From: an uncultured virus (IMG/VR IMGVR_UViG_3300044617_002354)
Lineage: Duplodnaviria > Heunggongvirae > Uroviricota > Caudoviricetes
Reading direction: 5' to 3' (one strand)
Virus record (IMG/VR): IMGVR_UViG_3300044617_002354
DNA: 64,000 nt
The first letter of the stretch is position 1. Every line of letters starts with the position of its first letter. The translations under genes were made by a program, and so were the position numbers. The notes beneath the pieces were generated by a model. The model searched no databases. It worked only from the letters and a program-made list of their open reading frames with translations, and was not told the origin of the DNA. This document shows, one piece after another, positions 37,566 through 48,262 of the stretch.

Positions 37566-38177
37566 ATGAGCACAGTTGTAACAAAAATAGAAGAAACGAT
37601 GACAAGAGTTAGCACACAGGTAAATAGAGCGCTTAGAGAGTTTTTTCACAATTCTAAAGCGGAGCAAATTATTGTATACTTTACAAAAACCGAATTACCT
37701 ACTCTGCAAGAGAGCGATATACAGAAGTTGATTGATGCATACACAGATTTCTATCATAAAACACATTTACCGATGTTTGTTAATCGTCTTTTAAGTAAGC
37801 AAATTTTAGACTGCGGTAATAATACACTACTAAGCGCTGGTAGTTTTCCAGAACAAAAAATAAATTTACTTTTTTTACAAAAAAACGCCATTAAAGCTAT
37901 AGGGTATTTTGATGAGCGTTATACCGATAGTTGTGCGTTTGGAGATTACGCACACAGATTGAGTACAGTTAATTTATATCCAAAACTTACAAAAAAACAC
38001 CTACCGTGGCTTTTTGACATCAATCACTCTCAACAAACAACAAAAAGTATACTTGATGAGCTTTCTAGCGGCTGGTACAACTACAAATACGAACAGTTCC
38101 CGCAAAACTTAACGTATGAAAATTTTGAAGAGTTAAAAAAATCTCTTAAAGAATATATCTTATCAAATAAAAAATGA
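37566..38177 (+). CDS. divergent GT2-like protein
   Basis: IGYFDERY...DYAHR resembles the C-halves of the next two GT2 genes; no clear DxD. Confidence 0.45.
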   Translation: MSTVVTKIEETMTRVSTQVNRALREFFHNSKAEQIIVYFTKTELPTLQESDIQKLIDAYTDFYHKTHLPMFVNRLLSKQILDCGNNTLLSAGSFPEQKINLLFLQKNAIKAIGYFDERYTDSCAFGDYAHRLSTVNLYPKLTKKHLPWLFDINHSQQTTKSILDELSSGWYNYKYEQFPQNLTYENFEELKKSLKEYILSNKK

Positions 38178-38977
38178 ATAATAACTTTGAAATAGGAATT
38201 ATTACATGTGACCGGCCTCATTATGTAAAAAATTTATTAAAATCTGTAAGTGAACTAAAATCTCAGTGTTTTATTGTTAATGATGGCACGGAAAACATCT
38301 CTCACTTATTTACAGAATATAGGTACATACAAACAAAGCAGCCAAAAAGCGGAGTTGGAGCAGCAAAAAATATTGCTTTATTGTGGATGATACAAAATAC
38401 AACATCTGATTATTTTTTCCTTTTAGAAGATGATATTGTTATTAAAGATCAAAGTGTTTTTGACCGATACATACAAGCTTCTAAATTATCTGGTATTCAG
38501 CATTTTAATTTTGCTTTTCATGGAGATGATAACTACACTTTAGATGGAAAACCTTCTATAAAATTAAAAATAGAGTATTCTCCTGAATGCGCGATTTGTT
38601 TGTACCCAAACGTATATGGGGCGTTTTCATTTTATACGAGGAAGTGTATTGAAGAATGTGGTATCATGGATAATCATTATTATAACGCACTTGAACACGT
38701 AGATCATACATATAAAATAATTCAAAAACACATGCACCCACCGTTTAGATGGTTTGCTGATATTGCAAATAGTGATAGCTATATTTCAGAGCAAGATAAA
38801 TCTCATTCCGGTTCTACAATACGAAAAGATCAATCTTGGGTTCAAAACTTTCATAATATGGCAGATTATTTTGCTAAACAGAATGGTTTTGATGTAAGAG
38901 ACCCTTACGCCAAAGTAGCTACAAAAGAAGTAGTAATTGAAAGTTTAAAGAATATTAAAGCTTTATGGAAAAAATAG
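38174..38977 (+). CDS. glycosyltransferase, GT2 (GT-A fold)
   Basis: IITCDR, VNDG, GVGAAKN, LEDD, EHVD. Confidence 0.85.
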   Translation: MNNNFEIGIITCDRPHYVKNLLKSVSELKSQCFIVNDGTENISHLFTEYRYIQTKQPKSGVGAAKNIALLWMIQNTTSDYFFLLEDDIVIKDQSVFDRYIQASKLSGIQHFNFAFHGDDNYTLDGKPSIKLKIEYSPECAICLYPNVYGAFSFYTRKCIEECGIMDNHYYNALEHVDHTYKIIQKHMHPPFRWFADIANSDSYISEQDKSHSGSTIRKDQSWVQNFHNMADYFAKQNGFDVRDPYAKVATKEVVIESLKNIKALWKK

Positions 38978-39735
38978 GGGTTGGTATCGTAACTTATAAT
39001 TCTGAAAATTACTTTAAGGAATTATACAATAGTGTTGACCAGACAAAAATCGATCATCTGGTAGTCGTTAACGGAGGCAATACCTACGACGGTGTTTATA
39101 ACTGTCAATGGATACAGCATACAGAAAATAAATACCCTGCAGCTTGTCGTAACGATGCTATAACATCTCTATTAAAAGCAAATTGCGAACATATTTTTAT
39201 TATTGAAGATGATATGTTAATTAAGAATAATGATATTTTTAGTAAATATATCGAAGCATCTAAACTTTCAGGTTTAAAATACTTTTCTTATGTTTCTACT
39301 TCTTGGGAATCCGGAACACCTGAAAAAAGAACCCCCCGGTTAGTAGTACAATATAGCAACGATGTGAGTGTTTCGTTTTACAAAAATATGTGTAACGAGT
39401 TCACATATCACCACAGTTCATGCTACGAAAAGGTCGGTCTATATGATACGCAGTTTAGAGATCCTTTTGACATTGATATGGCTTATAGAGAATCACAAGA
39501 GCTATACTCTGCCCCATTTTGGTGGTTTGCAGATATTACAAATTCTGATCAATATATTAAAAACAACCCGGTTGCAGTTAGTAGGTTGCAAGGAGATAGA
39601 CCAGATGGTAATAGAGAACAAAGAATTCAAGAACAGTGGAGTTTGTTCTTTAAAAAGCATAAACTAATGGTTAATCAAATCCCTCAAGTTAGTAGAGAAG
39701 AAATTATTAAAAAACTCAAACAAATAAAACCATGA
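38965..39735 (+). CDS. glycosyltransferase, GT2, paralog of the preceding gene
   Basis: IVTYN, VNGG, CRN, IEDD; shares YIxASKLSG and PFxWFADI. Confidence 0.85.
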   Translation: MEKIGVGIVTYNSENYFKELYNSVDQTKIDHLVVVNGGNTYDGVYNCQWIQHTENKYPAACRNDAITSLLKANCEHIFIIEDDMLIKNNDIFSKYIEASKLSGLKYFSYVSTSWESGTPEKRTPRLVVQYSNDVSVSFYKNMCNEFTYHHSSCYEKVGLYDTQFRDPFDIDMAYRESQELYSAPFWWFADITNSDQYIKNNPVAVSRLQGDRPDGNREQRIQEQWSLFFKKHKLMVNQIPQVSREEIIKKLKQIKP

Positions 39736-41384
39736 AAATTTCTATAGGTATAAACGGGTATAAAGATTTTAAAAATCTTGAAAAAAGAGAAAAATTTTGT
39801 TTAGAGAGTTTGCAGAAATTAGTAAACGATAGGGTGAGTATATATAATGTTTGTTATACAGATGAACATGTTGAGTACCCAGGGGTTAAAACTCTTAATA
39901 AGTTAACAAAAAAATCCAATGAGATTATTTTAAAGTACTTTCAGCATGAAGGGCTTGTTAAAGAGTATAATACAAGAAAAAACGAAATTGATAACAATCA
40001 AAAAGTTTTACCTTCAGTTAAAGAAATATTTGATGTTCTAGCAGAAACAGACTGTGATTATTTTTTGTTTTTAAATAACGATATAATTTTTTCAAATCGC
40101 TTTTTTAAAAAAATTAAAACAGAAATAGACTGCTACGCTATTTCTAGAATGCATATTTACGATATTGATTCCTTAAACGATACGCCGAAGCTTGAATCAT
40201 ACTCTGTTCATGGTTTTGATGCTTTTTTTATAAAAAAAGAAGTCTGGAAAAAAATAAGAAACAATTTTCCAGATTTAATTTTAGGTAGATTTTACTGGGA
40301 TACGTTTTACGCTACAAGATTTCAGCTACTCTGCAATACAGAATTTGTAAACGATTTACCACCGGTTTGTTTTCATATAGAACATAAAAGCAAGTCTTCA
40401 GAAAACACAATAGAAAATTATTACTGCGAAGAAGTGTTTAAAAGAGATTTAATATCAGGGCCAATGTGGTTTAATTACGTACAGAATATTCTCTTAAAAC
40501 GCCAAACTGTTAACGACTGTAAGTGGTATTTACCGTTTGAAAATGAAAAAGAAATTGAAAAAAGACACTTTAAACAATTTGATCAAACTTCTTTAACAAT
40601 CCAAACACCAGAAATAAAAATTACATCTAAAAAAGACTGTGATCTTTTTATACCTGTTGCTCCAAAAGATGAAAAAAAACTCAAGTTTGTTATTGAATAC
40701 GCCAAAGAGTATACAGAGATTAAAGATATTTTTATTTGTTCTCCGCACACAATAACTAACAAAATACAAGATTCCTGTATAAACTATATTAATGATAAAG
40801 ATGTTTTAGATATACCCGACAAAAGCTTTATAGGCTTTAGACCTAACTGGACATATCAACAGTTTTTAAAACTCTTCTTTTCACAATCAAATTCTGATTA
40901 CTACTTCGCTTTAGATGCAGACACAATTATAGTTAATAAGTTAAACTTATTTGATAGTGCTGGTAAACCGATTTGGTATTATGGTTGGGAACAAAATAAT
41001 TTTCCGTATTTTCTCTTTAATAAAAAATTTTTTAATTTAGACAAAACGCTTCAACACACCGGAATAGGAGACCTCGGTTTGTTTAATAGAAACATAACTA
41101 AAGCGTTTTTAGACACTACTGGGTTTAAAACTCCAGAAAGTTTATTAAGACATATTGGACCAAAAACTAATGTATTATTTCACTTTTCTGAGTACGAAAC
41201 GTACGCAAATTTTGTAGACACATATTTTAATAAACTTTATACATTTAAATTTTTAAATCAAAAAAACTTAGGAAGAGATTTAAATCAAGGACAAGATTGG
41301 ACTGTTGAAGATATTAAGAATACTATTCAAATGTATAAAGAAAACAAATTTGATACACTTTCTCTACATTCATGGAAGATTTAA
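39732..41384 (+). CDS. two-domain glycosyltransferase-like protein
   Basis: N-half FLNNDI, GFDAF, WD; C-half WTYQQFLKL, LDADT, FSEYETYA. Confidence 0.7.
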   Translation: MKISIGINGYKDFKNLEKREKFCLESLQKLVNDRVSIYNVCYTDEHVEYPGVKTLNKLTKKSNEIILKYFQHEGLVKEYNTRKNEIDNNQKVLPSVKEIFDVLAETDCDYFLFLNNDIIFSNRFFKKIKTEIDCYAISRMHIYDIDSLNDTPKLESYSVHGFDAFFIKKEVWKKIRNNFPDLILGRFYWDTFYATRFQLLCNTEFVNDLPPVCFHIEHKSKSSENTIENYYCEEVFKRDLISGPMWFNYVQNILLKRQTVNDCKWYLPFENEKEIEKRHFKQFDQTSLTIQTPEIKITSKKDCDLFIPVAPKDEKKLKFVIEYAKEYTEIKDIFICSPHTITNKIQDSCINYINDKDVLDIPDKSFIGFRPNWTYQQFLKLFFSQSNSDYYFALDADTIIVNKLNLFDSAGKPIWYYGWEQNNFPYFLFNKKFFNLDKTLQHTGIGDLGLFNRNITKAFLDTTGFKTPESLLRHIGPKTNVLFHFSEYETYANFVDTYFNKLYTFKFLNQKNLGRDLNQGQDWTVEDIKNTIQMYKENKFDTLSLHSWKI

Positions 41385-42256
41385 CCCCTATTTACGTACA
41401 CTTAAACCCGAAAGAATTTTCTTTTTCAGAAGAACTTCATCACTCTCATTTTGTTTTTAACAAACTACCGGATTATGCAATATATTCTGTTAAACAAACT
41501 GAATATTTTTTAGAAACCACCCCTCATATCGTAGACAATCAAATTGTAAATAGTTACTTTAAATCAGATATTGAAGATTTTTTTCAACTTTGCAAGAAGA
41601 ATTTTCCATCATTTTATAATGATCCTTTTTGGTTGTTAACTTTACTGAGATTATATGTCGTTTTTTTATATTGTAAAAAAGAAAACTTACAAAAAATTTT
41701 ACATTTAGAGTACGATAATCTTATATACAGCAATCTTGAAGAGTTGCAGCAATTACAAAATTCAATATATTTTACTCGCTTAGGCCCGTATTGCAGTTCA
41801 GCAGGTATAATGTATTGTAATTCACTACCTCATTTTGAAGTTTTTATTAATAGACTTTTGCAAATTATACAGAAAGGTGAAAGTGTTGTAAGACGTTTTA
41901 CGCGTTACGATCAGTTATCCGAAATGATTTTAATTGATCTAATATCAATGCATAAGAAAGATGCTTTAGATTATTTACCAATTTTACCCGAAGGTTATGG
42001 TAGTGAAAATTTTGATAAACTTAAAGTACTTTTCGATTGTGCTTCTTATGGACAATATTTAGGTGGTACTAACAACGGTAATAATAAAGGGTGGTTTGGA
42101 ACCCATCAATATATTGGTCAGCAAATTGCAAATAAAACTATAGAAGTTTATTTTGAAAATAAATTACCTTATATCGTTTTTAATAATAGAAAAATATCAA
42201 TTTTAAATTTACATATACATTCCAAAAACTTAAAAGAATTTATAAGTTATGAGTGA
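41372..42256 (+). CDS. glycosyltransferase-like protein
   Basis: FW..T..R, HLEYDNLIY, FDCASYGQYLGG, NLHIHSK. Confidence 0.6.
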   Translation: MEDLTPIYVHLNPKEFSFSEELHHSHFVFNKLPDYAIYSVKQTEYFLETTPHIVDNQIVNSYFKSDIEDFFQLCKKNFPSFYNDPFWLLTLLRLYVVFLYCKKENLQKILHLEYDNLIYSNLEELQQLQNSIYFTRLGPYCSSAGIMYCNSLPHFEVFINRLLQIIQKGESVVRRFTRYDQLSEMILIDLISMHKKDALDYLPILPEGYGSENFDKLKVLFDCASYGQYLGGTNNGNNKGWFGTHQYIGQQIANKTIEVYFENKLPYIVFNNRKISILNLHIHSKNLKEFISYE

Positions 42257-43046
42257 AAGTATAGGGATTGTTACATTTACAAATAAAAAATACATTGATA
42301 TTTGCGAGCAACTCGTTAATTCAGTATTATACTTTACAAACTTACCAATTACCGTGTTTTGTGTAGATTGTGAGATGCATGTATCATCTGAACGAGTTAA
42401 TCTCGTTAATATTTCAAATGAGCATAACGATGAAAAAAACTGGTTTAATTCTTTAGCATCAAAACCCTATGTTTGTTCGCAAACTCCTTACGATATTACT
42501 TTTTATTTAGACAGTGATATCATAGTAACAAAGCTTTTTCAAGCATGGGTTGAAAGTAACATAGAAAAAATTTCTAAACTAGAAACACTCTTTTGCGCAG
42601 CTCATCCCCATAAACCGAGCACTAACGAAGCACCTACAAAGTACTATATTAATCAGTTTTTTAATCTTTTTAATGTAAAGGAAATACCGGGTTATATTTT
42701 TGCATCAGCATTTGCATTTAATAAAAAATTAATACCACATTTTGAAAATATATATAAAAAAATAGATGTATTAATAAAAAATAATATTTTTCTTCCTACT
42801 GGAGATGAATGTGTTATGAATTTATACTTTTATAAAAAAAATATGATGTTTGATTGTGGTTATGATTTTATGCCAAATCCAACAGAAGGTTTATTTGAAG
42901 CGTATATAGATGGAGGTTTAGAAAAAAGTTCAAAGTATATTAAAGATTATAAAAACTGGGGTAGAGAAGTAAAACCTGTGCTGTTTCATGGTAATAAAAA
43001 CGTTGAATACGCAAAGCTTATGATTGAACAGCTCGCAAAAAAATAA
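42249..43046 (+). CDS. GT8-like/GT-A glycosyltransferase
   Basis: SKP...YLDSD, GDECVMN, FHG.K. Confidence 0.7.
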   Translation: MSESIGIVTFTNKKYIDICEQLVNSVLYFTNLPITVFCVDCEMHVSSERVNLVNISNEHNDEKNWFNSLASKPYVCSQTPYDITFYLDSDIIVTKLFQAWVESNIEKISKLETLFCAAHPHKPSTNEAPTKYYINQFFNLFNVKEIPGYIFASAFAFNKKLIPHFENIYKKIDVLIKNNIFLPTGDECVMNLYFYKKNMMFDCGYDFMPNPTEGLFEAYIDGGLEKSSKYIKDYKNWGREVKPVLFHGNKNVEYAKLMIEQLAKK

Positions 43047-43092
43047 TATTTAAAATATTGAATTATTTTTGTAAACCAATAATATAATATTT

Positions 43093-43824
43093 ATGTCAGA
43101 AGTTACTGTTTTATTAAATTGTTATAGACGTTATTGGGCCTTTGATGAACAATACGATAGCTTATTAAATCAAAGTGTTGCTCCAAAAGAAATTCTAGTG
43201 TGGCAAAACTATTATCCAGATACTTTTGATAAATTTAATCAAAATATTTTTTCTAAAACAAAAACAGCTATCTGTAATCAAAACCTTGGTGTATGGGCTA
43301 GGTTTGCGTACGCATTAAACGCAAAAACAAAATACGTTTGTATTTTTGATGATGATACAATACCAGGAAAGAGATGGTTAGAAAATTGTCTGGAAACAAT
43401 AAAGCAAGTCGACGGGCTTTTAGGTGTTAGAGGTCTTATATACAGAAACCAACATACAACAGATGGGCAATTCGACGTTTCTCCATGGTGTTTCACCACT
43501 GAGCAAACAACTCAAGTTGATATCGTAGGCCACGGGTGGTTTTTTGAAAGAGAATGGCTTCAAGCTTACTGGAGAGAGCTACCACCACCACAGTTTTTTT
43601 CTGCTGGAGAGGATATACATTTTTCGTATACAATACAAAAATTTTTAAATAAAAACACCTATGTGCCCGCCCAACCTAAAAATACTCCAGAGTTATGGGG
43701 ATCTTTAAAAGCCAGAGAATATGGATGTGGCGCCGAAGCAGCGTCTCTTTATTGTTGTACTGAAATACAGCAATATTTAGGCCATGTTGTATCTAAAGGG
43801 TTTAAAACAATAAATTATATATGA
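43093..43824 (+). CDS. GT-A fold glycosyltransferase
   Basis: LNCYRR, IFDDDTIPG, GEDIHFS. Confidence 0.75.
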   Translation: MSEVTVLLNCYRRYWAFDEQYDSLLNQSVAPKEILVWQNYYPDTFDKFNQNIFSKTKTAICNQNLGVWARFAYALNAKTKYVCIFDDDTIPGKRWLENCLETIKQVDGLLGVRGLIYRNQHTTDGQFDVSPWCFTTEQTTQVDIVGHGWFFEREWLQAYWRELPPPQFFSAGEDIHFSYTIQKFLNKNTYVPAQPKNTPELWGSLKAREYGCGAEAASLYCCTEIQQYLGHVVSKGFKTINYI

Positions 43825-44522
43825 GTAAAATATTTTCCGAAGAAATAATACGTTTTTACAACAAATTAATAAATGGTAAAAAATTTGCGTTTAGTAAATA
43901 TGCTGATGGAGAATGGATAGCACTTAAAGGTCAAAAAGGTACAAATAACGAATGGACTATGAATGATGGTACTAATGCCTATGATTTTTCTAGAGACCTA
44001 CTTTGGCAATCTTTTACGTATAAAGATGAAGGTTATTATATAGGTATATCGTGCCCGTGCTGTCAAGGGCAACATCACTATGATATGCTAGAACAATGTA
44101 AGCAAGATAGCGAGCATGTTACGTATGCTAATTTATTTGTTAATTCAAATTATACTTTTTTTATAGAAAAAATTATACCGTTTTTTAAGGATAAACCAAT
44201 ACATTTAGTTGCTAATAAATGTGCAAATATTGATCATCTACCTTTTTCTGTTGAGCGCTTTTACCCTATACAGTATAACGCTTGGTTGCATAACCTTGAT
44301 TTGATTAATGAAATTAGTACACAAAATTTAAACGATAAATATGTTTTGTTTTCAGCTGGCCCGTTAGGTAACATTCTCTGTCATCAGCTTTGGAATAAAA
44401 ATAAAAATAATACATATATTGACATAGGATCTACAATCGACCCGTGGACAAAAGCAAATCAGTTCGGTAGATACTATACCGATGATTCTCCGTATAAGAA
44501 TAAAGTTTGTATATGGAGTTAA
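43821..44522 (+). CDS. GT-D fold (DUF1792-like) glycosyltransferase
   Basis: FSKYADGE, FSAGP, IDIGS..D. Confidence 0.6.
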   Translation: MSKIFSEEIIRFYNKLINGKKFAFSKYADGEWIALKGQKGTNNEWTMNDGTNAYDFSRDLLWQSFTYKDEGYYIGISCPCCQGQHHYDMLEQCKQDSEHVTYANLFVNSNYTFFIEKIIPFFKDKPIHLVANKCANIDHLPFSVERFYPIQYNAWLHNLDLINEISTQNLNDKYVLFSAGPLGNILCHQLWNKNKNNTYIDIGSTIDPWTKANQFGRYYTDDSPYKNKVCIWS

Positions 44523-45148
44523 ATAGAAAATATAACGTTGAAGTGTTGAGAGAAAATTTTGGTACATACATAGTACCGGAAAATTGTAAAGGTGGTATAG
44601 CGGTAGATATAGGGTGTAATAACGGTTGCTTCTTGACAAGATATAGTAATTATTTTAGAGAGATACACGCATATGAACCTAACATCTATTTGTTTAATCT
44701 TCTAAAAAAAAAATATAGTAATCAACAACATATTTATTTTTACAATGAAGCTATATATCATACTTTAAATGAGGTATTAAGTTTAGTTAAGTACAACCAT
44801 AATGATGAAGATGGTTCATTCGCGGTGTTTACGGATAATAGCAAAGAGCATTGGTCGTTAGAAAATGAAATATGTAAAGTAAAAACCGTAGATATTGACA
44901 CAGTTGTACAACGCTGCTCACAGCGCAACATAGAGTATTTAAAGATGGATTGCGAGACAGGAGAGTATTATGGTCTCATTAATAAAGACTTAACACCATT
45001 TAAGTTTATAGGTATAGAGTTACACGGTCAGTTAAGCGCTGCGCGATATAGAGAATTGTATGAATATATAACTTCTACACATACGTGTAATATACAGTGT
45101 ATACCAGGTACAAACCAGGAAATGCTTTTCTCTAAAAAAAATGAATAA
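44507..45148 (+). CDS. FkbM-family SAM methyltransferase
   Basis: DIGCNNG, AYEP, LKMDCETGE. Confidence 0.85.
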   Translation: MYMELNRKYNVEVLRENFGTYIVPENCKGGIAVDIGCNNGCFLTRYSNYFREIHAYEPNIYLFNLLKKKYSNQQHIYFYNEAIYHTLNEVLSLVKYNHNDEDGSFAVFTDNSKEHWSLENEICKVKTVDIDTVVQRCSQRNIEYLKMDCETGEYYGLINKDLTPFKFIGIELHGQLSAARYRELYEYITSTHTCNIQCIPGTNQEMLFSKKNE

Positions 45149-45842
45149 CCTTACGCTACTCACATATACAAATTCAAATGCACAAGATATACATTCACTA
45201 TATTTTAATAGAGTTAAAAAATACTTTTCAAGTATAAAGAATGTTGTTGCAGCTTCAGATGAAGATATATCAGGGATAAACACAATTTTATATAAAAACG
45301 ATCAACCGTACTTTGAACAAATATGCAACACTTTAGATAAAATAACAACAGAATATATTCTATATAATCAAGAGGATTATATCTTATTTGATTATGTAGA
45401 TACTGAAAAGATACAAGAAACGATTGGAACATTAGCAAAAAACAATAATGTTGCCTTTGTACGTTTAATCCAGAGCGCTACACAAAATAGTGTACAAGTA
45501 AATGAAAATTACCTACAGTTAGATAAGAACCATCAGTATTTTTATAGCGCGCAAGCAGCTGTCTGGCGAAAGACTGATCTTAAGGATATGTTTTTAGCTT
45601 CAAAAGCGCAAAGCATTCGAGACGAACCTCAAAACTCTTCTTTTTTGAAAAGACTAAATAAGTATGGTTTGTGCGTGACAGGTAGAGGAAGAAAAATAGG
45701 AGATCATTTTAATTCATTAGTGTATCCGTATATAGCAACAGCCGTCGTTGGTGGTAAATGGAATTGTAGTGAGTATGAAGAAGAGTTAAGCGAGTTGTTT
45801 GAAGAATACTCAATTAATAAGAATATAAGAGGAACGAGATAA
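45141..45842 (+). CDS. glycosyltransferase-like protein
   Basis: YILYNQEDY, FVRL, QAAVWR, GKW. Confidence 0.55.
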   Translation: MNNLTLLTYTNSNAQDIHSLYFNRVKKYFSSIKNVVAASDEDISGINTILYKNDQPYFEQICNTLDKITTEYILYNQEDYILFDYVDTEKIQETIGTLAKNNNVAFVRLIQSATQNSVQVNENYLQLDKNHQYFYSAQAAVWRKTDLKDMFLASKAQSIRDEPQNSSFLKRLNKYGLCVTGRGRKIGDHFNSLVYPYIATAVVGGKWNCSEYEEELSELFEEYSINKNIRGTR

Positions 45843-45843
45843 T

Positions 45844-46842
45844 ATGATTTTAATTTGTTACGGTACAAGACCTGAATGGTTAAAAATTAAACCACTTATT
45901 TGCGAATTTAATAAGTGTGGTATAAAATATAAAACTTTATTTACCGGTCAGCATGTAGATATAGTGACTAGTAGAGCAGATTTTACGTGTAGCGTGAACA
46001 ACGACAGCTGTAAAAACAGATTAAATGCGGTAATGGTATCCACCCTCTCAATACCTGATAATATCTTTGAAGATGTTACACATGTACTTGTACAAGGAGA
46101 TACAACCTCTGCTTTGGGATTAGCGTTAAACGCATTTAATCGCGGCATTAAAATTATTCACCTTGAAGCTGGTTTAAGAACATACGATCAAAAAAACCCG
46201 TACCCTGAAGAGGCTAACAGACAAATTATTTCAAGAATAACAGATCTACATTTTTGTCCAACTAAAGATAATAAAGCGAATTTGGTTAACGAACTATGTA
46301 CAGGTAAAATATATGTTGTAGGTAATACATCCTTAGATAACATTAAGAATATTAAAACAGATTATAAAGATACTGTATTAGTAACATTACACCGTAGAGA
46401 AAATCATAACATAATAAAGGACTGGTTTATGGAGATATCTAAACTAGCTTTGAAATATAAAAAAATAAAGTTTATACTACCTATTCATCCGAACCCGAAC
46501 GTTATGAAACATAAGCACTTATTAGAGGGTGTAGAAGTAGTACCTCCTTTACCTCATTGTGATTTATTAGATATACTTGCGAACTGTAAGACAGCAATTA
46601 CAGACAGTGGGGGCATACAGGAGGAAGCAAGTTTTTTTAATAAAAAAATTATTGTATGCAGAAAGGTTACAGAGAGAGTCGAATCAATAAACACACACAG
46701 TTTTATATGTCCGACGCCTAGTAAGCTTAACAGTATATTTAGGCGAATTATTAATAATTATAAAACAAAAAAGAGTTGCCCGTATGGTGACGGTAGGACT
46801 TCTCAGAGAATATCTTCTATTTTAAAAAAATGCATAAACTAG
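45844..46842 (+). CDS. wecB: UDP-N-acetylglucosamine 2-epimerase (non-hydrolysing)
   Basis: GTRPE, TGQH, VQGDT, HLEAGLR, PEE.NR, TLHRRE, TDSGGIQEE, YGDG. Confidence 0.93.
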   Translation: MILICYGTRPEWLKIKPLICEFNKCGIKYKTLFTGQHVDIVTSRADFTCSVNNDSCKNRLNAVMVSTLSIPDNIFEDVTHVLVQGDTTSALGLALNAFNRGIKIIHLEAGLRTYDQKNPYPEEANRQIISRITDLHFCPTKDNKANLVNELCTGKIYVVGNTSLDNIKNIKTDYKDTVLVTLHRRENHNIIKDWFMEISKLALKYKKIKFILPIHPNPNVMKHKHLLEGVEVVPPLPHCDLLDILANCKTAITDSGGIQEEASFFNKKIIVCRKVTERVESINTHSFICPTPSKLNSIFRRIINNYKTKKSCPYGDGRTSQRISSILKKCIN

Positions 46843-47504
46843 CTATATTAATACAAGGTCCGAGTATGTATGTAAACGATATTAAAGCGTCGTTAAGTGG
46901 GGTTAGCGAATTATTTTTTTCAACATGGAGGGGTAGCGAAAACGCATACACAGATAGCGATGAGGTTTTCTTTAACGAGTTGCCACCCACCCCTGGACCA
47001 GCAAATATCTGCCTACAACAAACAACCACTTTAAACGGTTTGGTAGAACTTAAAAAAAGAAACTACACTCATGTATTAAAAGTCCGCAGCGATATGATTT
47101 TAACAAACCCAAGAGTATTTTTTGATAATATTAAAAACGATTCGTTAAACTTTTTATGTTGGCACCATCACGAAGTTTACCCTAATTGCCCGGGTTATTT
47201 TGTCGATTTTTTAATGTCTGGTCCTATCGACAATATGATTGAATTATGGTCATTTAATGATTATAGCTGGTGTACTGTACCAGAGATTTTTTTAACATGG
47301 AACTATATTAATAAATTAAGTTTAATAAACGACGTAGAATATTTTCTTAACACCCTAGATACCGATAATGACGTTCTCTGGATAAAGAATAACTATATGC
47401 TGTCTACGTACAAACAAGACAGAAAAGATCTTTTTAAAAAATACACTTACAGTCACAGTAAGGAGTTTTTAACTAAAGAATATAGAAATTTTTTAATAAA
47501 ATGA
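46830..47504 (+). CDS. WavE-like polysaccharide synthesis protein
   Basis: IQGP, STW, N..LQ..TT..GL, KVRSD, PE. Confidence 0.6.
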   Translation: MHKLAILIQGPSMYVNDIKASLSGVSELFFSTWRGSENAYTDSDEVFFNELPPTPGPANICLQQTTTLNGLVELKKRNYTHVLKVRSDMILTNPRVFFDNIKNDSLNFLCWHHHEVYPNCPGYFVDFLMSGPIDNMIELWSFNDYSWCTVPEIFLTWNYINKLSLINDVEYFLNTLDTDNDVLWIKNNYMLSTYKQDRKDLFKKYTYSHSKEFLTKEYRNFLIK

Positions 47505-48247
47505 ATATCGGTTTTTTAATTACAGCGTATAAACTCTTACATATTGTTGAAAATAATATTCAAGTAATTCAGCAATATAGTAAACTTTATAACTCTCATA
47601 TAGTTGTAGTAACAACTGCAGAAGAAGATGTTGGTTTTTCTGTATTGGAGGCAAAATACAAGAATGTGCATGTAATACATTTTACAGATGCACCAAAATA
47701 TGAAGCAAAAAGTTTTAGACAAACACCACCTCTTCATGGTGTTAGTTTAGCGCAACGTATTTTTCTAAGTATCGAAAAAGGTCTTAAAGAGCACGAAAAG
47801 TTAAATACAGATATTTGCGTTCATGTTCACAGTGAGAGTTACTGGGTAAAAGAAGCAGAAGACATCTTATTACGGTATTGTAAAGAAGTGCATGATGAGC
47901 ATTTACTATTTTCTGGAGATTTATGTGAGGAGGATAACCACACGCCTATAGCTGCATATACTCACTTTCACCCAGAAGGTTTAATTATAAATATTAAAAA
48001 AGCAAAAGATTTAGGTTTTATAGAGCTTAATCGAATTTGGACAGATTTAAATTTTAACAGTCATAATTTTGGTTCTATAGAAGCATTGATAGGTCAATTT
48101 GCACTGTATTGCGTTACAGGTCAGCTGATCTTAAATAAAGAACCGTTAAATGAATTATATTTTAAAAACGTAAAAGCGAGACAAATAAGACCGTATCATG
48201 GCGTATTTAAAGACGGGTTTGTTAATGTAGAAATAAAACAAAGGTAA
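47501..48247 (+). CDS. glycosyltransferase-like hypothetical protein
   Basis: N-terminal FLITAYK and VHVHSE at the DxD position; island context. Confidence 0.45.
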   Translation: MNIGFLITAYKLLHIVENNIQVIQQYSKLYNSHIVVVTTAEEDVGFSVLEAKYKNVHVIHFTDAPKYEAKSFRQTPPLHGVSLAQRIFLSIEKGLKEHEKLNTDICVHVHSESYWVKEAEDILLRYCKEVHDEHLLFSGDLCEEDNHTPIAAYTHFHPEGLIINIKKAKDLGFIELNRIWTDLNFNSHNFGSIEALIGQFALYCVTGQLILNKEPLNELYFKNVKARQIRPYHGVFKDGFVNVEIKQR

Positions 48248-48262
48248 TTATAATTACATTTT

